The notes under the pieces were generated by a model. The model was not told the DNA's origin. It saw only the letters and a list, made by a program, of their open reading frames with translations, and did not search any database. A program made the translations under genes and the position numbers. Below, piece by piece: positions 16,464-25,816 of a DNA stretch of 32,000 nucleotides (within the stretch, counting starts at the first letter, position 1; each line of letters starts with the position of its first letter). This DNA is from Nitrosotalea sp. (GTDB lineage Archaea > Thermoproteota > Nitrososphaeria > Nitrososphaerales > Nitrosopumilaceae), in NCBI GenBank assembly GCA_050749405.1, contig JBOGRD010000006.1:60892-92891 (forward strand), in the 5' to 3' direction.

Positions 16464-16973
16464 TTAATTGATCCTGATTTCCTTGCCCTGTGACTTTTTT
16501 TCAGCAGAGTCCATCTTTCGCAGCTCCGATTCTAGGAATTTCCTATATCGTTGAGTCTCGTCCTTGGTCATGTGTGAAATGTTTGAACTAAGCGAGTTTC
16601 CAATTGTATTGATTCGTTCTATCAGATCCATGGCTACAAATTTGCCAATATCACCCATCCTAAAAATCACATCAAGTTGGTTCTTGACTATCTTATCGAG
16701 AGTCTCAAGGTCCTCTGAAACTATTCTTCCTTTCTTAGTTATCTGATATTTTCCATCTTTTGTCTCTTCTACGAGTCCTTCATCTAGCAGTCTCCCAAGT
16801 AGAGGATATATCAGTCCAGGAGAGGGTTTCCACTTTCCTCCACTTTTAGCAGTTGCCACATCTATTATCTCCTTTCCAGTACTTGGTTTCTTCTTTAGGG
16901 CCTCTAAAATGAAGTATCTTGAAAATCCTCGAGGAATTGAACTTCCCACTCTTTGAAACCAATCCGAAATCAT
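16464..16973 (-). CDS. PadR-family transcriptional regulator
   Basis: YFILEALKKKPSTGKEIIDVATAKSGGKWKPSPGLIYPLLGRLLDEGLVEE is the PadR winged-helix signature. ATG at 16973 is preferred over the GTG at 16976. Confidence 0.85.
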   Translation of the reverse strand: MISDWFQRVGSSIPRGFSRYFILEALKKKPSTGKEIIDVATAKSGGKWKPSPGLIYPLLGRLLDEGLVEETKDGKYQITKKGRIVSEDLETLDKIVKNQLDVIFRMGDIGKFVAMDLIERINTIGNSLSSNISHMTKDETQRYRKFLESELRKMDSAEKKSQGKEIRIN

Positions 16974-16981
16974 CACTAGTG

Positions 16982-16997
16982 ATATCGCTAGCGATAT
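16982..16997. promoter_or_regulatory. 16-bp perfect palindrome atatcgctagcgatat in the padR/sdhA divergent promoter (candidate PadR operator)
   Basis: Self-complementary by inspection. It starts 9 bp upstream of the padR ATG and abuts an AT-rich TATA-like tract (tatatattaat). Confidence 0.5.
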
Positions 16998-17067
16998 ATA
17001 TTAATGATTCTGACGCCAGTTCTTCACAAGACATATTTATGAAGTGTGAAAAGGAAGATGTCGAATC

Positions 17068-18780
17068 ATGGTTAACAGTATTGACAGTGATCTTCTGATT
17101 GTAGGTTCTGGTCTTGCTGGCCTGAGGGCAGCGATTCAGGCAGCAAAGATTGCACCGCATATCAAAATTGCCGTTATTTCAAAATTACAGGTTATGCGTT
17201 CACATTCTGTCTCTGCTGAAGGCGGTACTGCAGCTGTTCTGTATCCTGAAGATGGTGACACAATAGAGTCTCATGTTTATGATACTGTAAAAGGAAGCGA
17301 TTTTCTTGGCGATCAAGATGTAATTGAGAGGCTCGTCAATGAGATGCCCTCTGAGATCTATCAACTTGAACATTGGGGAATGCCATGGTCAAGGAGAGAT
17401 GATGGAAGAGTTGGCCAGAGAAACTTTGGAGGATATAGCTTTCCAAGGGCAACATATGCTCAAGACAAAGTAGGATTTTACGAGATGCAGACTCTGTATG
17501 ACACATGTCAAAAATTTGACAACATTGAGTTCTATAACGAATGGTTTGTTACATCGATAATTCATGACGGCCAAAGATTTTGTGGCATTACCGCCATCGA
17601 GATGTCAAGCGGAACTTTCTATACGTTCAAGGCAAAGGCATTGATTATTGCGACCGGCGGAGCAGGAAGAGTATACAGTTTTTCAACTTATGCTTTAGCT
17701 TCAACTCCGGATGGCCTGGATATGGCCTACCGAGCTGGAATGGCGTTAAAGGACATGGAGTTTGTTCAATTCCATCCTACTGGAATACTGCCTTCGGGAA
17801 TTTTGATTACTGAGGGTGCCAGGGGAGAAGGCGGATATCTTCTTAACAACAAGGGCGAGCGTTTTATGAAAAAATATGCTCCAAGCAAACTAGAGCTTGC
17901 ATCAAGAGATGTCGTATCACGTGCCATGATTACCGAAATCAATGAAGGACATGGCTTCAAACACGATACTGGAGTGGATTGCCTAAAACTAGATTTGAGA
18001 CATCTGGGGAAGGAATTGATTATAAGAAAACTTCCTGCAATACGCGAGATATCGCTGAAATTCTCAGGAATTGACCCAGCTGATGAACCGATAGATGTCA
18101 GACCAGTATGCCATTACATGATGGGCGGTATTCACAGCAACATAGACGGGGCAACTGAAATCCAAGGTATATGGACAGCGGGCGAAGCTGCATGTAACAG
18201 CGTTCATGGAGCAAACAGGTTGGGTGCAAACTCTACGGCAGAGTGCCTTGTGTGGGGTAAAATTACAGGTGAGCTTGCCGCCAAATACATTTTAGAAGAA
18301 AAATCCTCCCCTCCATTTCCATTACATTTGGTTACGACAGAGGAAAAAAGGATCTATGATGGAATATTTCGAGGTACAGGCAGTGTAAATCCATACGAGG
18401 TTAGGCAAGAACTAACAGAGATAATGAATAACAAGTCTTACGTTTTTAGAAATGAAAATGATCTTGTTAATGGACTCAAGTTGGTAAGAGAATTAAGACA
18501 AAAAACATGGAAACATGTAGACGACAAAGCTAAAGAGTATAATACGAACTTTACAAACGTGATGGAACTTGATTCCATGTTTCGTATATCTGAAGTAATT
18601 TTGATGGGTGCAATTTGGAGAAAAGAGTCTCGGGGAGCTCACGCAAGAACTGACTATCCTGGTAGAGATGACAAGAACTTTTTGGTTCACACTCTAGTTT
18701 ACTATGACACAAAAGAGCCAGTTATCAAGACTCATCCTGTCACTATTACTAAATACAAGCCAGTGGAGAGAAAATACTGA
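17068..18780 (+). CDS. sdhA: Succinate dehydrogenase/fumarate reductase flavoprotein subunit
   Basis: N-terminal FAD dinucleotide fold DLLIVGSGLAGLRAA, RSHSVSAEGG (the FAD-linking His region), HPTG, and the HGANRLGANS and ESRGAHAR motifs. Confidence 0.95.
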   Translation: MVNSIDSDLLIVGSGLAGLRAAIQAAKIAPHIKIAVISKLQVMRSHSVSAEGGTAAVLYPEDGDTIESHVYDTVKGSDFLGDQDVIERLVNEMPSEIYQLEHWGMPWSRRDDGRVGQRNFGGYSFPRATYAQDKVGFYEMQTLYDTCQKFDNIEFYNEWFVTSIIHDGQRFCGITAIEMSSGTFYTFKAKALIIATGGAGRVYSFSTYALASTPDGLDMAYRAGMALKDMEFVQFHPTGILPSGILITEGARGEGGYLLNNKGERFMKKYAPSKLELASRDVVSRAMITEINEGHGFKHDTGVDCLKLDLRHLGKELIIRKLPAIREISLKFSGIDPADEPIDVRPVCHYMMGGIHSNIDGATEIQGIWTAGEAACNSVHGANRLGANSTAECLVWGKITGELAAKYILEEKSSPPFPLHLVTTEEKRIYDGIFRGTGSVNPYEVRQELTEIMNNKSYVFRNENDLVNGLKLVRELRQKTWKHVDDKAKEYNTNFTNVMELDSMFRISEVILMGAIWRKESRGAHARTDYPGRDDKNFLVHTLVYYDTKEPVIKTHPVTITKYKPVERKY

Positions 18781-19214
18781 TGACTGAGCAATTTTCCAAC
18801 CGCGAAGGCATCCGGGGAATGATAAATCCTACTCGCTATGGGTTAGAACGAGTTGCATATTGGATGCAAAGACTGAGTGGACTTGGTCTGCTTGCATATT
18901 TGATTGGTCATATTTACGAAACAAGTGCAATTCTCAACGGAAAGGCCGCATGGGACAACATGCTATCACTAACGCAGACTCCAGGGGGTCATGTGGTACT
19001 TGTACTTGTAATAGGAATGTGTGTTTTTCATACAGGAAATGGGATACGACTCATGATAAGCGAAGGTGGGAAAGGCATAGGAAAGCCTGGTCAACCCGAA
19101 TATCCATATCGCGCTTCTTCGTTGAACTCAAAGCAGAGGCTTTGCATCTGGGTATCGATAGCACTTGCAGCATTAGCAATGATGTATGGAGCAGGCATAT
19201 TGCTTGGTGATTAA
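18780..19214 (+). CDS. sdhC: Succinate dehydrogenase membrane anchor/cytochrome b subunit
   Basis: ATGA overlap with sdhA. Three hydrophobic helices with conserved His residues (LIGHIYE, VFHTGNGIR). Position within the sdh operon. Confidence 0.75.
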   Translation: MTEQFSNREGIRGMINPTRYGLERVAYWMQRLSGLGLLAYLIGHIYETSAILNGKAAWDNMLSLTQTPGGHVVLVLVIGMCVFHTGNGIRLMISEGGKGIGKPGQPEYPYRASSLNSKQRLCIWVSIALAALAMMYGAGILLGD

Positions 19215-19215
19215 G

Positions 19216-19560
19216 ATGCGAGAAAGCATAATCATGAAGATACACTATGGAACTGCGCTTGGAGCAGTGGCACTTGTAGCTGTGCACATTCTCATGAGAC
19301 TGTCACAGAAATATTCTGATTCGTTACAATATCAAAACGTAATTGCAAATTATCACTTTCTACCATATGCGCTTATGCTTGAAGTGATACTTGTCTTGTT
19401 ATCCGTACATGGATTTAATGGACTACGTGTTATTTTGTTGGAGCTAAAACAAGGCATTGCGTATGAAAGAGCAATTAACTATGGTTCTATTGCATCAATG
19501 ATTGTTTTGGTGGCATATGGTTCAAGAACTATATTGATGGCTGGAATGGGGCTCTCATAA
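19216..19560 (+). CDS. sdhD: Succinate dehydrogenase small membrane subunit
   Basis: Three TM helices (VALVAVHILMR..., SVHGFNGLRVILLE). The ATG at 19216 directly follows the sdhC stop; the track start at 19186 would overlap sdhC by 29 nt. Confidence 0.7.
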   Translation: MRESIIMKIHYGTALGAVALVAVHILMRLSQKYSDSLQYQNVIANYHFLPYALMLEVILVLLSVHGFNGLRVILLELKQGIAYERAINYGSIASMIVLVAYGSRTILMAGMGLS

Positions 19561-19562
19561 CG

Positions 19563-20345
19563 ATGGCAACAGTAGAAATTCCAAAGGAACAAAAAGCAGA
19601 ACCAATCGCTCCCGTTCCTGCACAGTCACAGCCAAAGACAATAACTCTTCGAATATCTAGGTCCAACCCATCAGAGAATGCAGAAACAAAGTTTGAAGAG
19701 TTCAAGATCCCTGTCCAAAAATGGACTACTTTACTTGAAGCAATTCTATATGTAAAACAGAGCCTTGATCACTCCGTTGCTCTTAGATATTCTTGTAGAC
19801 AAGCATCGTGTGGCTCATGTGGGATGAAAATTAATGGCAAGCCTCGCCTTGCTTGTTATACCAAGATCTCTGAACTTGAATCAAATGTTGTTACAGTAGA
19901 GCCAATGAACAATTTTCCTATAATCCGAGATTTGGTAGTTGACTTCAAGCAGCTCTTCTCTACCCATAAGAAGATGAAGCCATTCATTGTAAACGAGGAA
20001 TCCGAGGTGCAGCCTGGCAACAAGGAATTCATCCAGACTCCAAAAGATCTTGAAAAGTTTCTGCAATTCTCGTATTGTATCAAATGCGGTTTATGCAATT
20101 CTGCCTGTCCCACGATGGCAACGGACAAGTCATTTGTTGGACCGCAAGGCCTTGCCCAGGCCTACCGGTACACTGCAGATAATAGAGATCAAGGAAAGAA
20201 AGACAGGCTCAAAATAGTTGATCAAGCTCATGGAATATGGAGATGTCATTTTGCGGGTTCGTGTAGTAACGTATGTCCGAAGGGAGTTGATCCAGCAATG
20301 GCAATACAACTACTCAGAGGATATCTGCTAGGGTTTAGAAAATAG
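19563..20345 (+). CDS. sdhB: Succinate dehydrogenase iron-sulfur subunit
   Basis: Cysteine clusters CRQASCGSCGMKINGKPRLAC (2Fe-2S), CIKCGLCNSACP (4Fe-4S) and CHFAGSCSNVCPKG (3Fe-4S). Confidence 0.95.
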   Translation: MATVEIPKEQKAEPIAPVPAQSQPKTITLRISRSNPSENAETKFEEFKIPVQKWTTLLEAILYVKQSLDHSVALRYSCRQASCGSCGMKINGKPRLACYTKISELESNVVTVEPMNNFPIIRDLVVDFKQLFSTHKKMKPFIVNEESEVQPGNKEFIQTPKDLEKFLQFSYCIKCGLCNSACPTMATDKSFVGPQGLAQAYRYTADNRDQGKKDRLKIVDQAHGIWRCHFAGSCSNVCPKGVDPAMAIQLLRGYLLGFRK

Positions 20346-20350
20346 AAATT

Positions 20351-20671
20351 CTAAGACTTTTTAGGGTTTTTACTCGAGTTTACCTGATTGTTGATGGCTT
20401 CGGCCATAAAATGATTTGAGACATTCACTTTCACATCGCTTACCCCATCTATCGTCAACAAGTTGTCGTGGACATCTTGAGCAATCTTAAATCCAAATAT
20501 TGCAGGACAGAAAGGGCTGGTCAGGTGCAAATCTACTTTAACATCTGGGCCGGCAATGTCGATGTTATCTATCAATTCAAGCTCCATTATTGAGACATTG
20601 ATTTCTGGATCAACTATTTTTGTCAACTCATCGAAGATCTGCCTTCTCAAATCGGTAGATGCCTGTGCCAT
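20351..20671 (-). CDS. DUF59/MIP18-family Fe-S cluster assembly protein (SufT/PaaD-like)
   Basis: IVDPEINVSIMELELI...VKVDLHLTSPFCP is the DUF59 signature with the conserved Cys. Confidence 0.8.
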   Translation of the reverse strand: MAQASTDLRRQIFDELTKIVDPEINVSIMELELIDNIDIAGPDVKVDLHLTSPFCPAIFGFKIAQDVHDNLLTIDGVSDVKVNVSNHFMAEAINNQVNSSKNPKKS

Positions 20672-20721
20672 AAATTAAAAAAGCGTCTATGCTATATATA
20701 ACCATTCTATTTCCTAAATTG

Positions 20722-22188
20722 ATGTACAGGTCTAGATTAGACGGAAAGTTAGACGATATCACATTAGAATTTCTTTCATCAATTTCTGATGACTTTGAAA
20801 TTGCCTCGTATGATATTTTGGGAAGTCAGGCTCATACACTGATGCTTTTAGAAAATAAAATTATCAACAAGAAAGATACAATAAAAATTTTAGGCGCACT
20901 TGAGAAGTTAAAAAAAGAAGATATTTCAAAAAAATCTGAAGCCGAAGATATTCATGAACTCATAGAATCTCTGGTTATAAAGAAAGCAGGAAAGGAAGCT
21001 GGAGGAAAGATGCATACGGCAAGATCGAGAAATGACCAAGTGGCACTTGATACTAGAATGAAAATTCGTGATGATATCAATATAGTTTGCTTTTGTCTGA
21101 ATCAAACAATAGAAACTCTCATTGATCTGGCAGAGAAGAACAAACATGTTATAATGCCATTGTACACTCATACACAACAAGCCCAAGTGGGACTGTTTTC
21201 TCACTTTCTTCTTGCATATGTAGATGCGCTCTTCAGGGATCTTGATAGGTTCTATGTGGCATACGGACGAGTTAACGAGTCTCCACTAGGGGCTGGCCCT
21301 GTAGGTGGAACCAGTATCCCTATTGATAGACAATCTACTGCTAAGATGCTTGGCTTTAAAGGCCTGGTGGAAAATTCTATTGATGCAACAACTTCTCGTG
21401 ACTTTGTTGCTGAATATCTTGGAAACGCGGCAATATTGATGACAAACCTGAGCCGAATGGCAGAGGACTTTATTATCTGGTCTACATCCGAGTTTTCTTT
21501 CATTGAGCTCTCTGATAGATTTACTTCGACTTCTAGTGTTATGCCGCAAAAGAAAAATCCAGACGTACTGGAGTTGATTCGCGGAAAGACATCGCAAGTC
21601 ATAGGATACCAGATGGCAGTATTGTCAAATCTCAAGGGATTGCCCTCTGGATACAATAGGGACTTGCAACAAATCAAGGTCTCAATATGGCCAACATCTA
21701 AAATAATAATATCGTCACTCTTGGTTGCAAACTCACTTCTTAAGACAATGAAGGTGAATGAAAAGAAATTGCGTCAAGCAATAGATAGTGGATATTCAAT
21801 ATCTCTTGATATCGCAGAATCTTTGGTAAGAAAAGGGGTTCCTTTCAGGACTGCTCATAAAATTGTCGGCCAACTGGTTCAAATTGCTTCCAATTCAAAA
21901 AAGTCACTTTCTACACTTTCAGCCAATGAGATAAAAAATGCGATCTCAAGTAATGAAATTGATCAAAAGGAATTGTATAAAATAATCCAGTCAACAACAC
22001 CTGAATCTTCACTTGAAACTAGGAAATCACAAGGTTCTGCAGGAAAACACGAACAACAACGCATGATTGCTGACAGGAAACGTAAAGTCCAAGCCTACAT
22101 TACAGGCACCAATAAAAGGACTAATGAGACAAGAGAAGCTATTGAAGTGTTGAATAGCAAAGTATTGTCATTGATAAAAAAAGGTTAA
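20722..22188 (+). CDS. argH: Argininosuccinate lyase
   Basis: HTARSRNDQVALD, GTSIPIDR and the fumarate-lyase signature SSVMPQKKNPDVLE. The ATG at 20722 (MYRSRLDG) is preferred over 20689, which would leave almost no promoter space to the divergent DUF59 gene. Confidence 0.92.
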   Translation: MYRSRLDGKLDDITLEFLSSISDDFEIASYDILGSQAHTLMLLENKIINKKDTIKILGALEKLKKEDISKKSEAEDIHELIESLVIKKAGKEAGGKMHTARSRNDQVALDTRMKIRDDINIVCFCLNQTIETLIDLAEKNKHVIMPLYTHTQQAQVGLFSHFLLAYVDALFRDLDRFYVAYGRVNESPLGAGPVGGTSIPIDRQSTAKMLGFKGLVENSIDATTSRDFVAEYLGNAAILMTNLSRMAEDFIIWSTSEFSFIELSDRFTSTSSVMPQKKNPDVLELIRGKTSQVIGYQMAVLSNLKGLPSGYNRDLQQIKVSIWPTSKIIISSLLVANSLLKTMKVNEKKLRQAIDSGYSISLDIAESLVRKGVPFRTAHKIVGQLVQIASNSKKSLSTLSANEIKNAISSNEIDQKELYKIIQSTTPESSLETRKSQGSAGKHEQQRMIADRKRKVQAYITGTNKRTNETREAIEVLNSKVLSLIKKG

Positions 22189-22267
22189 CATAAGTTACAC
22201 TTTTCTGGATTTAGTTTCCCATATAGTTGGTTATGTACCATGATGAGCGTATTCAATATTCGATTTG

Positions 22268-22618
22268 TTATTTTTTGTCTTTTTGAATGGTTTTTCTATA
22301 TCCTATCTTGGTTCTCTTTTCTTGATTCCCGTGTTCTTTTCTTGTGGTGTCATATCTCTGTTTGTTAGGTAATTTGTCTATGGTCTTACCTAGATTATTA
22401 ATTGCAACAAGCGATAATTCTACCCATGAAGATATCAGTTCAGCATTCACAAACGAAGCTGCAATAGACTTGTAGAATGTTTTCACTAGTGGATCTGACT
22501 CGTGAGTTGATTCCTTTAGAAACGCTTCCTTCATACATTTGCAGTCCCTGCGCAAATCTTTTAGATTTGATAAAGTTTCTTCGTTTATGATTTGATTATG
22601 TGTAGACACCATTCTCAA
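22268..22618 (-). CDS. Small helical protein, unknown function; paralog of 22596..22967
   Basis: Third gene of the RHH-led operon. INNLGKTIDKLPNKQRYD aligns with LNDLSGAIEKLPKGVEFD of the upstream gene. Basic Lys/Arg-rich tail. Confidence 0.55.
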   Translation of the reverse strand: MRMVSTHNQIINEETLSNLKDLRRDCKCMKEAFLKESTHESDPLVKTFYKSIAASFVNAELISSWVELSLVAINNLGKTIDKLPNKQRYDTTRKEHGNQEKRTKIGYRKTIQKDKK

Positions 22619-22967
22619 TCATCCTCTTTTCAAAAGCCCGTGCCTTGTCATAGGCCTCTTTAATGGGTTCCAGTGTTTGCTTTACTCTTTCATTTGTTCT
22701 ATGTAACGCTTCCTTGAGATCATCAAATTCTACACCCTTTGGCAATTTTTCTATGGCACCAGATAAATCATTAAGATCTTGTAAATGACTAACGGTAAGA
22801 TCGTAGTGATAGCCTACAGAATCACAAAGAATGCCTAGTGCATACCATTGTATTTTCATATCGATATCGTTTTCTTCATCACCATACTGACGAAACATAT
22901 CAGAATGCTTACGTACTTTATCTCCTATGAATTTTATATTCTGTCTATATTCTATAGGATAAAACAT
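22596..22967 (-). CDS. Small helical protein, unknown function
   Basis: The start abuts the RHH stop (22968/22967) and the 3' end overlaps the next gene by 23 nt, indicating an operon. No recognisable catalytic motif. Confidence 0.6.
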   Translation of the reverse strand: MFYPIEYRQNIKFIGDKVRKHSDMFRQYGDEENDIDMKIQWYALGILCDSVGYHYDLTVSHLQDLNDLSGAIEKLPKGVEFDDLKEALHRTNERVKQTLEPIKEAYDKARAFEKRMIENGVYT

Positions 22968-23165
22968 CTATTCCTTCTCCCTCAATTCATTTTTGACTCT
23001 TTTTGGGTCTTCATCTTCTAACCATGTCTTTAACGCAATCTCTACTAATTGTGACAAATCAACATCTCTATCTATGGCATCCTTTTTTGCTTCCTTCCAT
23101 ATTGTAGGGTCTATCTTGATTGACGTTGTTTCTCTTTTTACAGTTGGATCCAACCTAATCCTCAT
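22968..23165 (-). CDS. Ribbon-helix-helix (CopG/Arc-like) DNA-binding protein
   Basis: TSIKIDPTIWKEAKKDAIDRDVDLSQLVEIALKTWL has the beta-strand/helix/helix pattern. It is clearly homologous to the 25817..25981 product (TSIKIKPSVWKKAKIEAITENKQLSELVEEALEAWF). Confidence 0.75.
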   Translation of the reverse strand: MRIRLDPTVKRETTSIKIDPTIWKEAKKDAIDRDVDLSQLVEIALKTWLEDEDPKRVKNELREKE

Positions 23166-23272
23166 AGGATCTTTATACTATTAGTATTATTTAAATTTTG
23201 TAGTATAGTTGCATGATGGATGTTTTGCTAAATAAAAGTGCGTAATCTAGTGGAGTCAACAACCAGATCATT

Positions 23273-23536
23273 ATGGGGAATATTAACAGGTGGTTATACT
23301 GTAATTACAAATATTGCAAGATCTTGATTGAACAAAGTTCGTGCATTTCACATCATTACCTACTGAAACAACCAATCGACTGTGTCAAAAATTACGTTTC
23401 AAAGAAAGATGCTCAATGTGGTGGAACTCTGAACTATGTAGTTTACGTTAAGGGAATATGTCGTTCTTATGGAAACAATGTGATGTTGGCTCCAATTGTA
23501 ATCCAATTAGATGAAGATAAGGACCAACCACTGTGA
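23273..23536 (+). CDS. Cys-rich hypothetical protein
   Basis: 87-aa ORF with 7 Cys. No recognisable motif; weak support. Confidence 0.25.
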   Translation: MGNINRWLYCNYKYCKILIEQSSCISHHYLLKQPIDCVKNYVSKKDAQCGGTLNYVVYVKGICRSYGNNVMLAPIVIQLDEDKDQPL

Positions 23537-23549
23537 AACAACCAAAATA

Positions 23550-23632
23550 AACACCCATAGATTAGACAGTACCCAAAAAATGATTTTGTGGGATCTAAGG
23601 GTGTTTTAAATGGGTGTTGAAATCGGGGGTGG
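23550..23632 (-). repeat. AACACCC-iteron element, copy 1 (reverse orientation)
   Basis: The reverse strand reads ccaccc-ccgat-ttcaacaccc-attta-aaacaccc...attttttggg...gggtgtt. GGGTGTT occurs at 23599-23605 and 23612-23618, with AACACCC at 23550-23556 forming a partial inverted partner. Confidence 0.7.
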
Positions 23633-23646
23633 TAACCGTCTGTATT

Positions 23647-24531
23647 CTAATCAGCGGGAATTGCATTTGATGGTAATGGGGTTGTAAGTTCTTTGTATCC
23701 AAGATAGGTCATTTTAAGTTCATCTGATTTAGAAACCAGAAGATAAAATGTTTGATCAGGATTGAATCCCATACAAGGAGTTAATTTAACATCTATTATT
23801 ACAATCCCTTGTTTTTCGAAATACGCTTTTGTTACTCCTCGTTCAGAATAGACCAAAGTAGTGTTAGCATAGGGCTTATCCCAAGGAGCATTACAACCCT
23901 TGGAATCAAATTCAAACCAAACTGGCTGTTCTGGATTGGTTATGTTAAGAGGAACCACTTGTCCTTCTACGTCTTTTTCATCTATTGCTTTGAATCCTAA
24001 TTCCATCATCTTTGATGCATCATTCTGCGGAACAAGAAAATAAAAAGTTAGAAATCCACACATGGAAATAGTGTCCGTCGTTATGCTTCCAGTATTTTTT
24101 ACTTGTAGTAATGTAATGCCATGATTCTTGGAATATTCCGCAATAAGTGTAGTATTATACACACTTTCGAGTAGAGTGCTAGTATCATTCGATCTTACTA
24201 ACTCACCTACCCAAGGTATGATTTTACAATTGTCATGTGACCTGACCGCCTCTGTAAACTCGAACCATGCAGTTTGATTCATCACTATTCCCCACCCACG
24301 TTCAACAAGTTTCTTTGCCGTATCAGGTTTTACACAAGCAGGAGAACCATCTAATGTTTTTATCACAAGCACAAATCCTGCTTTGCATTTTACATCAGAA
24401 GTAGATGTGCCATTTTTTAATTGCTTGAATGGTGAGAGTATTAATGTAGCATTTTGAGCAAATGAGAATGGTATTGTTGAAATTGATGAAAGTAAAATTA
24501 CGATAAAAAGCAAGCCATACCAATAGAACAT
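23647..24531 (-). CDS. Secreted protein, unknown function
   Basis: Signal-like N-terminus LLFIVILLSSISTIPFSFAQ. CKAGFVLVIKTLDGSPACVKPDTAKKLVERGWG is a module I recall seeing in secreted thaumarchaeal proteins (from memory, unverified). Confidence 0.7.
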   Translation of the reverse strand: MFYWYGLLFIVILLSSISTIPFSFAQNATLILSPFKQLKNGTSTSDVKCKAGFVLVIKTLDGSPACVKPDTAKKLVERGWGIVMNQTAWFEFTEAVRSHDNCKIIPWVGELVRSNDTSTLLESVYNTTLIAEYSKNHGITLLQVKNTGSITTDTISMCGFLTFYFLVPQNDASKMMELGFKAIDEKDVEGQVVPLNITNPEQPVWFEFDSKGCNAPWDKPYANTTLVYSERGVTKAYFEKQGIVIIDVKLTPCMGFNPDQTFYLLVSKSDELKMTYLGYKELTTPLPSNAIPAD

Positions 24532-24571
24532 TATTCCTTATAAAACACCAGAACTGAAAAGCTTTTGTATT

Positions 24572-25738
24572 TTATTTTTCTAAAGCAAACTGCAATAAAT
24601 CCATCCACTTTACTTTTTTATCTATTACACCTATTTTCTGTGCAGGCGTCCTATTCTGCAATCCCATGTGCGGTTTCACAAAATTATAATGTATCTTCAT
24701 CCCTTCTGGTATCTGGGTTTCCATTGACTTCCAGCCACGCTGTACCTTAATTCTTTCACGCTGAGTACCATTCATTCTCTCAATTCTGTTGTTGTTTGCA
24801 TGAGTTTTTCGTACTCCTTGTCTTGCCTTGTGCCAAGGCTTGTTATCAAAGACCTTTGGTATTACTGAACCATAGGCTCTCAAAGCATCTGTAGTAATGA
24901 TCTTTGGCTGTAATCCATGTGCATTCTTGATAGCCTCTTGGAATGCTTGAATTGCACCGTTGCCATCCCTCTGCTCTGACAGTTTTGAAGCCAAAAGATA
25001 ACGTGTTTTGAAATCCATGACATTCCAAAGGAAAGCCATGTTTGTCTTTTCCCTAATCTCAATACCATCCTTCATTTTTACAAAGACTTCATCGCAAGCC
25101 CATCTCTTGGACTCGGATTCTGGTATAGCCAAAGAATTTACGTATTGGGATATGATGGGTACATATTTCTTTATCCAGCCATAAACGGTAGTGAAATCAA
25201 GTTCCAGCCCAAAGTGGTCATTTACGCTTCTTGCTACTTTTCGAAGCGAGAGACCAGAGAAATAGAGGTCTAGTGTAAGCGTAATGAGTTTGGGATCGTA
25301 CTTTGACTTCTTTACAAGGCTTGGCTCTCTGAACTTGTGCAGACAGTCCTTGCACTTGAAAATCTGTTTTTCTGCGTTCTTGCCATAACGTATAGTTCTG
25401 ATTGAACCGCATTGATCACATTGAACTGAATCATCTGCAAAGACCTTTGGCTTTTCCTTGTTTTGTAAAAAGGTGTTAGTTGCAATCCAAAACTTCAATG
25501 CATAACCATGCTTGCATGTATCAATTTTCTTTTGGATGGAACACCTGTATGTATAATCAGGACAATCACAAGTAAATTTATTCTCAATTATCTTAACAGT
25601 ATATACGACATCTTTACCCGTCTGAGATGGCACGGTAAAACTGCCGTCCTCGTTCTCACGTATCGCTGAGGTTTCAGTTATTGCCATGCCTCTCATCATT
25701 CGGGTTTCCGATTGGTTGTTTGGTTCTTGTAACACCAT
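24572..25738 (-). CDS. Transposase-like protein: SWIM zinc finger + zinc ribbon + HTH + IS6-type DDE domain (copy 1)
   Basis: SWIM CxCxnCxH motif (FTCDCPDYTYRCSIQKKIDTCKH). Zinc ribbon CDQCGS...CKDCLHKF. DDE triad candidates WACDEVFVKM, IITTDALRAYG and NNNRIERMNGTQRERIK. C-terminal HYNFVKPHMGLQNRTPAQK. Confidence 0.8.
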   Translation of the reverse strand: MVLQEPNNQSETRMMRGMAITETSAIRENEDGSFTVPSQTGKDVVYTVKIIENKFTCDCPDYTYRCSIQKKIDTCKHGYALKFWIATNTFLQNKEKPKVFADDSVQCDQCGSIRTIRYGKNAEKQIFKCKDCLHKFREPSLVKKSKYDPKLITLTLDLYFSGLSLRKVARSVNDHFGLELDFTTVYGWIKKYVPIISQYVNSLAIPESESKRWACDEVFVKMKDGIEIREKTNMAFLWNVMDFKTRYLLASKLSEQRDGNGAIQAFQEAIKNAHGLQPKIITTDALRAYGSVIPKVFDNKPWHKARQGVRKTHANNNRIERMNGTQRERIKVQRGWKSMETQIPEGMKIHYNFVKPHMGLQNRTPAQKIGVIDKKVKWMDLLQFALEK

Positions 25739-25816
25739 ACCACTAGTGTTATACTATGCACTATTTAACTCTATACCAAACAGGTTATATACCACAGGTG
25801 GTATTTTGTAATTGTA

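Noticed and set aside
18860-19287. Alternate-frame ORF 18860..19210 and antisense ORF 19051..19287 within sdhC/sdhD
   Set aside because: The in-operon frames give hydrophobic helices with conserved His residues. The alternatives give Cys/Arg/Trp-rich nonsense.
17068-20345. The sdhA-sdhC-sdhD-sdhB gene order as an anomaly
   Set aside because: It differs from the E. coli sdhCDAB order, but gene order in archaeal SDH operons is variable. All four subunits look intact, so this is not noteworthy without comparative data.
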